A DNA stretch of 64,000 nt from Takakia lepidozioides (lineage: Eukaryota; Plantae; Bryophyta): positions 31,930,001 to 31,994,000 of the forward strand of contig CM060732.1 in assembly GCA_030704615.1 (NCBI GenBank). The letters are read 5' to 3'. Shown here one piece after another: positions 13,301 to 26,400 of this stretch (positions are counted from its first letter, which is position 1; every line of letters begins with the position of its first letter). Made by a program: the position numbers and the translations under genes. The notes under the pieces were generated by a model that was given only the letters and a program-made list of their open reading frames with translations, was not told the origin of the DNA and did not search any database.

Positions 13301-14294
13301 TCCGTAGAGACGAGGAGAAAAATCTGTGACACAGAGAAGAACAATCGTACCGCAGACTGAAATGGGATGCAGAATTCACCAAGTCGTGATTTTTGCAGGG
13401 CACGACCATTTCAGCGGCCACCCCTCCACAGTGTCCCAGACACCGAGGGGATCGGGGATAGTGCCGGGGCTGCCCGCCTGCCCGCTGCGCCACGCTGGCG
13501 CACAAGTCCCTTGCGGGGCCCACGCCCACAACCCCACCGGTTCCCGCACACCAACGGCACTGACGTGGCCGTTGAAGCTAGGTCCATGTCACCAAGCGGC
13601 AATGAATGGGCTACCACACTATAGCAGAAGCCCAACGGCGAAAAAATTGGTAAGAGGGACCATCGCACGACGGGTTGGAGAGACCAGCTTCGCAATGGCG
13701 GGAGAATCACATCACAACAAAATGTCTTCCTAAAATTGTGGACTTCAGGGACACTGCTTGGAAATCCATATATCACGTATTGTGACATGTAGGCGCCATG
13801 TCAATGCCTCTCCGCCGGCAGCGGCCGCTAGTGTGGTAGGCAGAACGGCACGCTGCCCTCCCTCAAACCAATAGCAGGGTCCGAAATTGAGTGCCAGTGC
13901 CCCTCTTGCCACTAGCGTGGTATCGCCCTAAGTTACTCTCAAAAGTGTGTGACTCAAAACAGTTTGAGCCATACCATTTTTAGAGAGTCTATGGCATCTA
14001 GAAGATACACTACATATACATGTTAGGAATACCATGTACAAGTGTTCTTCTTTTTCTTTTTCTCTATTTTTTATTTTGTAGTACCGTAGTGGAACGGCAG
14101 ATTAGGCACAATTTTTTCTTTTAAATGCCTAAGCAAATCTGTGATTTTTCAATATTTATGCCTAAAAGGCTGGAAAAATAACATGAAAGTGCCTAATTCA
14201 ATAAAATTCTCTAAACTCTATAAAATTTCTATTGAAAGTAAAAACAAATCTCCATAAATATTCAAAAATACAGGCCAATTCCCTAGGTCCATAC

Positions 14295-15491
14295 GAGTGT
14301 TGGGCGGGTATATGAATTACCCTGATATACCCGCCGGGTATATCAGGGTATATTGATATATATATACCCTGGTGTGGCAAGTTTAGGTACCCGGATGTAC
14401 ACCCTTATATCAGGGTATATTTTTATGATATACCCTTATATCATATACCCTTATCCTTATATTTACCCTGCATCAAGACGCTCAATATACCCTACTTTCC
14501 TGAAGGGTATATGTTAAAATGAAGGGTATATCTAATCAGGGTATATAAGGGCCTTTATGTACCTTCATAGCCTTTATGTGCTAGGTCTTTTCTCTTTTTG
14601 TTGTGTTGTTAAGGAGCCTTGAGCTATAAGAAAGCTCCAATCACAGCTAAAACAAATGTTACATAAATATCATTCCTTAAATGTCATATAACCCAAACAA
14701 TACCTCTTCAGATCTCGCATATATATATATATAAAAGGAAACCTGACAGCCCACAATTTAGGTCCTTGAGGGGTTTTTATTTATTTATTTATTTAAGGAA
14801 ATCTGGGAGCGACAGCCCACAATTCAGGCCCTTGAGGAGGGGGAAAGATTAACCCCCTTTCATTTATGGGCCATGAGACCTACAGGACGATCAACGCCCA
14901 AACATACCGTCACACGAACAATCCCACACACAGGGCAGGGCAGTGGGTTCGAACTCCAAACCACCTGAGTGACACACACTCTGCACTTATCAGCTGAGCT
15001 ACCAGCCGATTTGCTTTTTTTTTAATCTCAAACCTCCTCCATCTTGCATTGGAAATTAACACCAAAATATTATGCAATATCTTATCAATTTTCTCTTTTA
15101 CCATAGATTGTTTTTTTTGTTTTTCTTTTGTGTGTGTTTTGTACATATTGAAGAACATCTTGTGAGCAGTCGCTCCCAGGTTTCCTTTTTGAAGGGAGAG
15201 AAAATAAATAAATAAATAAAAATCATATATTTCTTAAAATCATTAAATTATATATTAATGGAAATAACTATCCATACCCGGAAACTATTCATACCCTCAG
15301 GGTATATTTTGGCATATATATCCATACCCGGGGGTTATATAGAAATCTGAAAAGTTAATTTACCCATATCCGGAGGGTAAATAATTTTTTAAGATTTCAA
15401 TTTATCCATATCCGGAGGGTAAATGATTTGACAAAAATAATTTACTTATACCCTAAGGGTATATTGAAATCAATATACCCGCACAACACTG
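14295..15491. mobile_element. non-autonomous hAT element
   Basis: TIRs GAGTGTTGGGCGGGTAT / ATACCCGCACAACACTG; perfect 8-bp TSD GTCCATAC; subterminal GGGTATA/TATACCC repeats. Confidence 0.9.
14774..15010 (-). mobile_element. tRNA-derived SINE
   Basis: Minus strand has an A-box TAGCTCAGCTG, a B-box GGAGTTCGAACCC, a body and an (AAAT)n tail. A second family member lies at ~36210-36414. Confidence 0.8.
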
Positions 15492-16259
15492 GTCCATACA
15501 ACCTCCATGGGACCTTCCAATGAGTCTCGAACATCCTACAGATGTTCATCATTGAATTCTTGATCACCATTCAAGTTAGGTATATCTGAGTCTTCGATGT
15601 GCAAATTTCCAAGGCAGCGACTCATGCTCTCCACCACCTCAACATCAAGATAGAAATCTGGTATCTGATAGCAACTAGGAATCCCTTCCACTTCCACTTG
15701 AGAAGTGTGGTTGTAAGCAAAACCTCTGTAAAATTGGCCCTCGTAGCCTCACACTGAAATTGAAACTCAAAAGCTCGAAGAATGCAGAAAAGAGAGAGTT
15801 TCAAGTGATGAAAGGTGCCTAAACATGAGAAATCATGGATGACATGTGCTTAATCTATATAAATTCTTTTTGAAAGTGCCTAAAGAGAATATTCCAAATT
15901 TAATCATTATCGGGCACTAAAATGCTTAATTTGTCGTTCAACTACGGTAGGTGTTAACGATGGTTCAATTGGGTTTAAGAATATGGTGCCATATATTATG
16001 ACTAAATTGTTTGAAAATATAATAAAAAAATTACACGGAACTTAGAATGGTTGACGGATTGCACTACATTCTTCCATTTTAAAGTATCATATATATATAT
16101 TTATTCTGATGAATTTGATATATATGAGTAATATGTAGTATGATGAATAATATGAACTCGATATACATGAGTAGTATTATTATATCTTGTTCATGTGTAG
16201 TTGAATGTGTTTTGTAATTTTCAAATGACTTTTAACTTAGCTAGAGAAATTTTAGATTG

Positions 16260-16974
16260 TGTAAGTTTAGGAATGTAAATGGGTTGGTATTGCTGCAGAT
16301 ATTGATATCTCATCTAATATATTGACAAAAATATATGACACAGTTTAGGACATTAAGCTATAAACATATGGAAAAATATGCGAAAAAGTGGGTTTAGGAG
16401 TGTCATCATTTAAGTGGGGATTGGTATTGTGTTGGATGTTGATATTTCATATTTATTAACAAAAGAATATAATAGCACATTTTCATGAGCCATAGAAATA
16501 TGAAAAAATGTGCAAAAATGGGTTTATGAGTGTCATTACTAAAGCGGGCTAGTGTTCATTTTTGTTTCCATCTGCAGTATGCAATCCTCAATTTGCTAGT
16601 TTGTCCGTTTTTTCGCCTTCTGCAAATAAATTCAAGGACTTCCATCGCCTCTTAACTCGAAGAGAAAAAACCAAAAAAAACAAAAAAAAAACAAAAAAAC
16701 TATTGCTACATTACATGTTGATATTTCATACATATTAATAAAAGAGTATAGCACATTTTCATATATCTCACCATATCCGTATGCAAAATACTGTAGAATT
16801 GGGTTTATGAGTGTCGTTTAAGTGGGCTAGTGTTATATTACATCATACATTAACAAAACGTATGACAATTTTTTATACATGTAGCCATGCATATATGCAA
16901 AAGTTTCGAAGAATCGGTTTATGAGTGTCATTTAACTATGCTAGTACTACATTTTTTATGTTGATATTTCATAC
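16260..16974. repeat. diverged ~120-140 bp tandem repeat array
   Basis: Recurrent TTGATATTTCATA..ATAGCACATTTTCAT..GGGTTTATGAGTGTCAT..AAGTGGGCTAGT units. The unit resumes after the CACTA insertion at 18193. Confidence 0.65.
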
Positions 16975-18192
16975 CACTACTACGTTTAGGGGGGGGGTTA
17001 GCGACGCCGGACGCGCCGACCCCCCTGCGACTGCAGCGTCGCACTGGCGCCCGGCTCGGGACTTGCGACATCAGGGCGTCGTAACGCCGGTGCTCGGACG
17101 ATGTTGTAGCATCTTGCGATGCCATGCCGTCGCCGGAAAGGGGCCTGACCCCATTCCCCTGCCAACGCATTGGGGGGTTGCGACGCCCTCGGGATGCTGC
17201 GACGCCGTGGAATCACAACGAGACGTCGCAGCGCCGCAGCCGCAGCCACGGCTGGGCACTCCTGTGACGGCGGGGAATCGCAATGCCCCGAAAAAAAATA
17301 AAAAAATAAAAAAAAATAAAAATCCCCGCCATCGCAAATGCGTCGCTTGGGTTGCGGCGCTGCGATTCCCCGGCGTCCTGGGGGCATCGCGAAAAATTGA
17401 TTCTGGGAGTAGATTGTAGAACATAATGGGCTTGGCATCCTCAAACTATAGCCATTGTCCAATAATAAGTTGCAATGCAGTTTTGCAAGAACTCTGGGGA
17501 CAAGTCTCGATGCAAGTTCTAGCTGTGCAAGCTCCTGTAGAATACGCATAATCTGCAACACAATGATAGGATTGAGATAGTGGTAGTCACTAGGAGTTAA
17601 CTCTTGATATGTATATATATACTTGGACTGCTTTTGTGATACATAGATGTATTGTAGATTTGTTGGTTAGTGTACAGTGTCTTAGAAATGTTATAATGTA
17701 AGGTCTTAGGTTCAAATATGCATTGCCTAATATATGTAGAACAATTCATGAACTGCCATTGGACAAAACCGGAGTCAATGGTCAAGGCCGAGTCAATGGT
17801 CAACTAGTTTTTGAAATTAAAAATTCAAATTCAAATTTTTCCACCTAAATTCAAATGTACCCCCTTACTGTGACGTCTGGGGGTCGCATTTACGACCCCT
17901 GGACGTTCCTAATGCGACGTCGCAAAAAAAAACGTTTTTTATTTTTATTTTTATTTTTTGCGATGCCCGGACGTCGCAAGTCGCACCGGCGTCGTGGCCG
18001 GGGGTCCCGGGGGGTTTGCGATTCCCCGACGACGCTAATTAGCGACGTCTCTGCGACATCCCGACGTCGCAAAATGCCCCCGGTGCGCCCCGGGCCCCGT
18101 AGAGTATTTCCGTCGTTAATCGCGGCGGTTGGAGGTCGTTGGGGCATCGCTAACCCCCCCCCCCCCCCCCCCCCCGCCCAAACGTAGTAGTG
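16975..18192. mobile_element. non-autonomous CACTA (EnSpm) element
   Basis: TIRs CACTACTACGTTT...AAACGTAGTAGTG; 3-bp TSD TAC; GC-rich subterminal GCGACG/CGTCGC repeats. Confidence 0.93.
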
Positions 18193-18870
18193 TACATAGT
18201 GACAAAGTGTATGGCCTAATTTCAATCGGATATCAAATATACATCTTAAATTCAGAATGCATACAATTGTATGACTCATATAAACCATGCACTGTGTCAA
18301 AATGTGTAAGAGTACATGTGCTACATGCTACAGTCATTAATTTATATTTACTACCGTACATGCCTATGTTGTCCAACATTAAATAATTCATAAATTCTCG
18401 TAATGATTTTTTTTTTCAAAAAATCTTGTCGAAAATCTAGAAAATTTGCGCCTTGGATGTCGAAGTTAAGGCACCTAGCGAGAAACATGTGAACGTGTGA
18501 ACGCCCAAAACAATCCGCGTGACCCCCTCCCCTCACCTCCTCGGTCATGTCCGCGAGTAGTGGCCAATGGTCTATGTGAGTTCCGGAGCCGACCGCCCAG
18601 CGGGCCAGAAAGATTGGTCTTCGCACAACTTCTTCAATAGAACCTTGCAGCTGACAACTTGCAAACTTAAGCTGCTAGCCTAGATTCCAGCCTGTCCACA
18701 CTATCTGGAATGTCACAAAACTCTATCTCTAATTGGTGTGGGGATAAGCTGTCTTCATTGGATAAAGGGTATAGGTTGTCTGGAGCTTCGATCAGAATTT
18801 CAGACTTGAACAGTGCAGGTTGTTTGTACTTCATTATGAAGCTGACAATGTCTAATGAGGTGGTTGACAC

Positions 18871-19079
18871 AGTGATCGGTTACACAAAGTGTTGGACTAT
18901 GTAAATGCAGTGCATGAGTTGTGCATAGTGTTAGGCATGGACTTCTTTGACATAGTCACCGTGATGCACCCTAGCTTGGATGACTCCGCTGGCCCAAGAG
19001 CATCAACAATGATACTCTTGACCACCTGGGTAAGACCATTCGTTCTCTGCAAGATGAAAAAAAACTGCGCATTCAAGAG
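18871..19079 (+). pseudogene. MAP65: isolated MAP65 (65-kDa microtubule-associated protein) exon fragment
   Basis: SDRLHKVLDYVNAVHELCIVLGMDFFDIVTVMHPSLDDS..(frameshift)..KSINNDTLDHLGKTIRSLQDEKKLRIQE followed by a GTGAG donor. No flanking MAP65 exons seen. Confidence 0.85.
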
Positions 19080-21599
19080 GTGAGCTCTACCATCTTCTCT
19101 ACTTGCCAGAAGTATATGAAAGACATTTTTTTTCCTTGACAAAGCTACATTTGATCTGAACTTACAGTGTGTCAAGGACGAGAACATGACTGAACACAAA
19201 CAAGAGATTAAACTAGATGTACAAGACTAGACAAGAAGTCAAGGTCGGCGTGGCCGAATACATGATGAATAAATAGGAATCAAGATGATCTTTATAACAA
19301 TGAACAAGAGTACTCGCCTCTGAAATATCAAGCCCAGTTAAAAAGAAATAGTACATATGGGAATTCAATAGAGTATTATAGTGGTATATCACCTGAGCCC
19401 TATGAACATCCATATCCTCGGGAAGATGTGTTACTGTTTAATAGGAACTAGTATCCATGGGATACTCACTGCTCCACTCGTTGCTCCATTCTAAGATTTT
19501 TTTTTTTTTCCTTTTATGTTTCTACCCCCATGATTCAAGAGGTAAAATGAGATACAGATATTAAACGAGTACCCGGTCATAAATTGATAGTGTATACGGA
19601 CGGCACTCCGTATACTGGGCAAAGAAGACATAGGGTAATTGGACTTGTCTTGTCGAGACAATGACAGTTCAGTCAATAAAAATTGGACTGGAAACTGGAA
19701 ATGACAAATCAGCCCCATAACAGGGCACTATCATTAAAGACCTGGACTAGGTTTAATTAGCAAATAAATAGGCTGGGAGGGCGGGGTAGTGGGTGAAACA
19801 TTACTATTTCAAAAAAGGCAGCATTATCAGACATGAACAGGTCTGAAGTGGGTGGTTCAAATGGAAGAAGAAGAAGGTGATGGACAACCGAATGGGTGGA
19901 AGCGAATGGACACGCCTTCATTCCCATGCAAGAAGAACACCATGAACAGTGCACAAGAAATCAAAGGCATAGGGAGAAAACCCCCTTTAAAATACCCGTA
20001 TCAGGGACCAACAGTCCCTGGCGGGGTCCGTCGTAATATCCAGCTGTTAAAACCGATACCCCGCGGCCAGCGCTACGTGGCGCGGCGTGACTGGCCCGCC
20101 GCCAACACGGGTCCAGTGTGTCATAGCAGGCTTCGTCGTCTCTGCTGCTCGTGTCGTACCTCCGCGGGCCCAGCTATGGCGCCTAGTGCTGCCACACAGT
20201 GTACCAGCAACTCGTACTTTGCTCCAGGGGTCAACTCCCCCACGAGGGAAGGCCGCGCCACCCGTGTTAGATGTGTCTTTCCATGGCGATTCTAGGCAAC
20301 CTCATTGGTTGACCTCCAGCCTAGAGGCGCCTAAGGCGCCGACACTTTAGTGCTGGGCTCTGCCTTTTTTGACAGCTCTCTACAAAATAGCTTAACCACT
20401 TATAAAGCTAGTTAGTACTGTCTCCCATGGTCATCTATGGCCTCTTTATGAACATAGATATGAACTTAATAATATGGAAATTTTGCCGATAGCTTCGCTG
20501 TCTCATGCAATATGGCCGTTGCCACTAAGCTAGAAAGGAAAATTTGACAAGAGCTTCGCCACTTCACGCAAGCTCGCCCTCTCCTTAAACATAATAATGG
20601 ACATCTACCCTCACTTCTATGACGTAATTGGGTTAGATTCCTAAGGCCCTGTCTCTTGGGGCTTCACACATGTGTTCTTCACACATGCATATAGAGATGC
20701 ACACACATCCTCTTTGAAAGAGGGTTAGTTTTTATAGATTTCTAGCAAGCAATGTTATAAGGTCCCTTCTTGGAACAAGCTTGAACAACAAATGAAACAA
20801 ATGAATTCAAATGTCAAGATAATATGGTAAGTCACCCTCTGAAACAAGCGGTGCTTGGGATGCATTAAATCGATCGGTAGAATCGTACTCAAATCTGGTC
20901 CTCCTCCGGCACTCCTACTCGTCCTCAAGTCTCCCACTTCACGGAGCGCTTCCTTTACTTCTTGCCTCAAATGGCCACAAGGCCTTGAGCTAGGACTATC
21001 CTGCTCTCACTATGCTTGCTTCTACTACTAGAGAGCCACAAGCTCAACCCTCTAGGATCTAGCTCCATCAAGCTCAAAACTAACTACACAAGCAAGAGGC
21101 CAAAACAAAGAAATGAGACTAGATGAAGAACAAGAGGAGTTTGTTCTTCTTTTATTGTGTTTTTGGGGCCTCTTAAACTAGTGAAGGATAGTCTTAAACT
21201 ATTATTTCTTACATGAGTCTATAATTTAAAAACGATAAAACACCATAAATTAATAACCATGGATGGAAAACCTTGGTGTTAATGATAAATCTAGTTTTTC
21301 ATCCATCCAATGGATGATCAGTTGGCGTTAGGTTGTCTTCTCATCCATCCAGCTTGCAGGTCGAATTCCCATTTTTCATCCATTGGATGAACTAGAATTT
21401 CATTTACTCGTCTTTCGCAACTGCCTCCGGCTTAATAATTTGATGTCGTCTTTCATCACCTCTAAAAATCCCCAAACTTGGTGACAAATTATAATTAGAT
21501 GCCTTGTAGCTGCCTGTAAAATCTCAAGGGAATCGGGGAAGAAAAACCACACCTTTGGTTGGTTTTCATGGTTTCACCATATAGGCAGTCTGCCGCTTC

Positions 21600-23470
21600 C
21601 TGGAAGTAAAAATACTGGTGGTGCCCCCAGGGGGTCTTTGGCCTTGCCAGTGGGTCACAGATCATTTGGAGTTCCCTCCTATATACTTTGCATCGCTAAG
21701 GAGTTCAAAACTTCGTTGGGAAGCTCATTCACCCATCATTTGCTCCGATGCAGCACTTGCTTTGTCGCGATATATCATCGCTATACAGATTGTTTCCTCC
21801 AATTGCCAAAACTCCTCGCCGCGTACTCCTAATGGATTTGAAAGGCGGGAGAATAGAGATATCGCAATCCGGGACTGGAACAGTCATCATGTAATGTTTC
21901 GAACAGGTGCATGTTGTCGTTACTGGTACCGAATTGGCAGCCTAACTCGCTGTCGATGCAGCTCCCTACGATCATTTTGACGCTAGAGCTCCTTCATGGT
22001 CGTCTCAGACATAATCTAAATTCCTATGTGCTTTATCAGTGATTCCCAGATAACTCGCAAATTGCCCTGCTTTGGCAGTACAATGCCTAAACTGTCTGCC
22101 TTAAGATCAAAAACGATTTGAAAAAAAAATTGTACCAATATATGCATCTACACCTTGGCACAGGAACTATGGGCATTTGTGCAGCTGAGATCAAGGGGAT
22201 ACGAACACGGACAAATGAGGGCAGTAGTGCAAGCATGGACTGCCAAACAGTTGCAAAAAAAAATCGTACCACATAATGAAGGAAGAATTTATCTTCTTTG
22301 GGATAATACAAACGAAAACTGTACGCGATAGTCATCAACTAAAACAAGTTGTGGAAGGGACAGATTGGTTGTCAAGACAAGAGTGCAGAAAATGTGGGGT
22401 GTGGAAGAAAGAGAGAATGAAGAACTCCCATGCCAGTGGAGATAGCCTTTGCAGCCAACGGAATTGCTGCACTATGAGCATTAAGATGGAGTTTGTACTG
22501 ATGCAAGAAGGGCATGACACCTATGAGAATGGATGAAGCAAACAGCTTGTGTCAGGAGCAAGGGAGGTATACATGCAGCTGACAAAAGGTGAGCAGGCCT
22601 CAGGTACTGTTGGAAACATGCCAATACTCATGGGCAATAAGAAGAAGAGAAGGTAGATCATTGTACATAAGGACGCAAAAACTGTACGGAGAATGTTGCA
22701 ATGAAGAAAACAGCAATGAAGCTGGACAAATCGACCAACATAAGGACCTGCAGCGTGATGCTTACAATAAGGAGAAGGAGCTGATTTTCAGACAACTGAT
22801 TCATGCCAAAGCTGGACTTGGAAATCAATTGGTGATGCAAACATCGGAAGAGGACACTGGAGTATTGCGATTCATAGTAAAGAAAGATGAGATAATGGAA
22901 AGAGAGTGTACCTCTGGCAACACAGCCAACTGTGGGAAGACATGGAGACGTGAAATTACATGCGCGATGCAGCTGCAAATTGAAACAGTAATCAGAACCA
23001 TACGTGCATGTGCCAGGAAAACAAGAATGCCAAGCAAAACAAAGCCACAAAGACTGACAGACAACAAATCTCGGCAAATTTCCAAACTAATGGAGCTCAC
23101 TGACAATCAGGAAGCAATGCACAGGATGATTAAGGAGAAGATGGCGTTCATACACGAGCTGGGGGGCACATTGAGAGAGAATGTTGACGTAGCACAAAGG
23201 GCACAGTAGAGAGCGTATGCAGCTAGGAAATCAAGAGGGAAATAACTCACTAGACTGAAGGAAGGCGCATTGGTGATGATGCTCAAGCCTGGCAAAAAGA
23301 AGAACATGAGTCATCTTGGGAAGGTCCATACTCCTTTCAAGGCTATGTAGACAAGCACACTGACCGTACCAAGAAGGAAGGCGAAGAAGTATGCATTCTG
23401 GAAGACATAGCAGGAAAGCGATGGAACATAGCGAGGCGAGATGTGAAGCACCTACATATTTGAGTGAAGC
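21600..23470 (+). mobile_element. highly degenerate Ty3/gypsy internal remnant (integrase C-terminal region)
   Basis: LRENVDVAQRAQ*RAYAARK..LKEGALVMMLKPGKKK..WEGPY resembles the gypsy integrase tail. Possible PBS TGGTGCCCCCA at 21619. Boundaries are uncertain. Confidence 0.5.
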
Positions 23471-26400
23471 GTTGGCTGGAGGGCCAGCCAGCTAAAGAAG
23501 GGAGTACTTACATCTGTGAGTCAAAAGGAGGTAACGAGGGAAACACGGGAGAACCCCATGGGCAAGACAAGGACATTGGAGTTTTGTGCTTAAGGAACGA
23601 TGGCGGGCTAACGGGATGAAATCACGATTTATCATTGGAGTTAACAGGTGAAAAAATTGGATGACAAGCAGGGATGAAATCACTGATTTGCATTAGTGGA
23701 TGGATGACGAGCTAGTGGGATGACGAGGCGATGAAAGCACCAATGAAAAAGTTGATTCTTCATTACATGGAGATGATATTGCAGAAATAAGACAAAAGAC
23801 TCAGCGGTGATTTACTGAGTAGAGTGGCCACAATAATATTAGCTAGGTGGCACTAAGATAAGGGTGGATAGAATGAGGTACACGTCGCCTTAAGATGTAT
23901 TTAGCAACAATCAGGCCTGTGGCACAAAGGGGAATAATATCCGGTGGCCACTAAGTCTTCAAGCCTAAGGTTGCAGCTGATTAAGTTTTGGGGTCTAGTT
24001 ATTAAATGATCACGTGGAGTGGCGGCGTAGATAAGACCAAGTCTATGATCAGGCCAGGTATAAGACGAGTGGTTGCGCATAGTCATCTCTCTCGGATTTG
24101 TGTGTACTAGTGGATGTTCTTGAAGTAAAGCATGGAGATTGTTGATGCGGAAGTGAGCTCATGAATCAGCTTGGTGTGAGTAGAAATATATCATCTAAGG
24201 TAGAGGTGGTGTCACCATGGTTAACTAGAGTGCTTGGCAAGGACTAACTATCATGCATAGATGTATCAGATTTGCGTTGATAAAACCAAAGATTGCAGGG
24301 TTCACTAGCATAAACAATATAGTTGTTGCAGTCTGAGTAGTGAACCAATACCAGTATATCATGGAGTAATTTCATCAAGTTTCTCTCTGCAAAGCCAAGT
24401 TAGCACATGAGTTAATAGAGGAGCAGGGACTACCATTATGTGCAGTAAGCATCTGATTCACGTTCACCAAAAGGCAGGCTGCAAGTTTAGCTAACATGCA
24501 TGGCACGGTGGTATAGTAAGAATAGTGAACTGATACCAGTAGGTCGTAGGGTAGTACCTCCATGTACTTCTCTACAAGTTAGACATATGAGTTAATTCAA
24601 TTGCACGTCATAACCACTAGAGGGCCGGAAGTAAGCATCACGGCAGGCCTCCATGCGTACGGTGAATGGTGTAATGCGGATGCGAAAGTGAACGAAGTGA
24701 CCGAGCCAAGGGAATCTAGTCACCCTCCAGGGATGATAATTAAAGAAATAGATAATGTGTCTTGATGATTAAGCATAGTGAAGAACCTCCGTTCATCGCA
24801 GGTTTTCTCTTCCGCTACAGCCTGGGATAAATGGTGTACTGACTGGATGGATTGTCATGGGCTGTAGGCCCCTTCTTTTTACTTACAGTATAATCTATGT
24901 GGTTGTATTTCATAACAAAATCACAGTAAGATAACTAACTATGGAGCCCTTTAGTTTATGAAACCAAAATACATCATTTGCTGAAAATTCTCATAACCTA
25001 AGGTATCCATAGTTTGTCAATTTTGATAATCCAAGGCTTTGAAAAGGCATTCCCCTGATAAACTCACAGTGACTGATTACAGTGGTTTATCACATACATG
25101 GAAGCACAGAAAAGGTATACAGTCTGGTCAGATTCTGTTTAGGCCAACAACTTGTTTGTAACCAAAGTCTGACCCAGTAGTAGAGTATCTTTCTTACTAA
25201 ACAACACTAATTTTTCTTCAAAATTCAGAGTCAAGCAGGGTTGTAATCAGAATCTGAAAATCCCTCAAGACTTCATGCTGTTCAAGTCTATGTTGGATTC
25301 CATTCAACAGTTCTATTGTAAATTAATGTCACATAGTTCATCAAAGGAAATCCAACCGGATAGGGATCAAAACACGTCAGCTGTTGTCCCCTATCTTAGA
25401 GAGAGTATAAAAAAACAAAAAACAGGGTTCTCAATCTATGTGGGACTGGTGAAACTTCCTTGTCTCTCCGCATTTGTCCTTCTGCAGGTATTGTGTCTTG
25501 ACAGCCTGCAATCCCTCTCAGTTGCATTCACCATCACATATGTTCATAGTAGGCAGGAAACTCTCACCTGTCGCCGTCCCAAAAATAACACATCGAAATG
25601 AGTGTTAGTGAGGAAGCTTGAGGTGCATAACGAGTTCCCTACGCGTGAGCACTATTGCTTTCCAAAATGAACCGATGTAAATGACAAATACTCTGAGATG
25701 TTCTCAAGTCAAGCATAGAAAAATCTTAAATCCTTGAGGCATAGATAGGGGCTGTAAGAAACAACATAATCTGCAGATTATGGGTTACTATAAGCAGTCT
25801 GTAAACATCAGTGCCATGTCGGGTTAACCACTCATATAAACTCATGTAAACTGTCACTCATATAAACTGTCAGAAGTTATAACAAAACAGCCACGAGCAT
25901 CTCTAAATTCATAATCTCCTACAGATCCCATGGTCACATCAAAAGGGTATATGCAGGGATTAGGTCTGTAGAGAGAAGTGTGGTGCAATTTCGTGTGCCC
26001 TGTTTTTCAATTTTCCTTTCTTAGCACTTAGAGGCCAGTAGCCTGGGTGCAATTTTGGCTAAGTCCTTTAAATGAAATCTGTTGTTGGTTTCTGCAGATG
26101 AAATCACGATTTGTCATCCAATGCAACTTTCTGGATGAGAACTTATGTGGAGGACTTCACTCCTTCACACGACATTCGAGCTATCAGTCTAGAGCTTCTA
26201 GCATAGACACGGGCTGCTCGAGAGCACGAGGTTGTGCGCTTAAGGGTATTGAAGAAGTGTTTTGGCGCTTTCTTTATATTCGGCGGTAGCATTTAGAGCC
26301 TGAGGGGCTGCATCCTGCATCGGCGAGAATCAGATGAGCTGGGATGGGAGTAGTCAGCAACAGGCGATGGCGGCGAGGAATTATGAGCGGGATAAAGCTC

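Larger units (their letters stand above)
7774..13788 (-). pseudogene. ThrE/PRM10 (threonine/serine exporter, DUF1212) family multi-exon gene, apparently disabled
   Basis: Exons ~12473-12166 (FLRRLALSLVTYGGSAPRTEYLI), 12003-11780 (HETHMLRV..VDVNKLQRVDEL), 11253-11038 (..LVWLLPG), 10704-10506, 10304-10137, 8587-8496 (ALLPGGIGVQ) and 8019-7774, with phase-compatible splice sites. In-frame TAG at ~12408, frameshift at ~10275, and stops in the 5' exon. The 5' boundary is approximate. Confidence 0.85.
14084..15947. mobile_element. Tc1/mariner-pogo-like non-autonomous element (host of nested hAT)
   Basis: Imperfect TIRs CCGTAGTGGAACGGCA / TGTCGTTCAACTACGG flanked by TA on both sides; subterminal TGCCTAA motifs. 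Confidence 0.75.

Noticed and set aside
14935-15010. tRNA gene
   Set aside because: A and B boxes are present but there is no convincing cloverleaf. It continues into a repeated body and A-rich tail, so it is called a SINE.
16925-18386. Several 100-190 aa ORFs on both strands
   Set aside because: Artefacts of GC-rich CACTA subterminal repeats with no protein motifs.
24610-24830. Possible organellar group II intron (NUMT) fragment
   Set aside because: Only a vague compositional resemblance; no domain V or GUGYG boundary was recognised.
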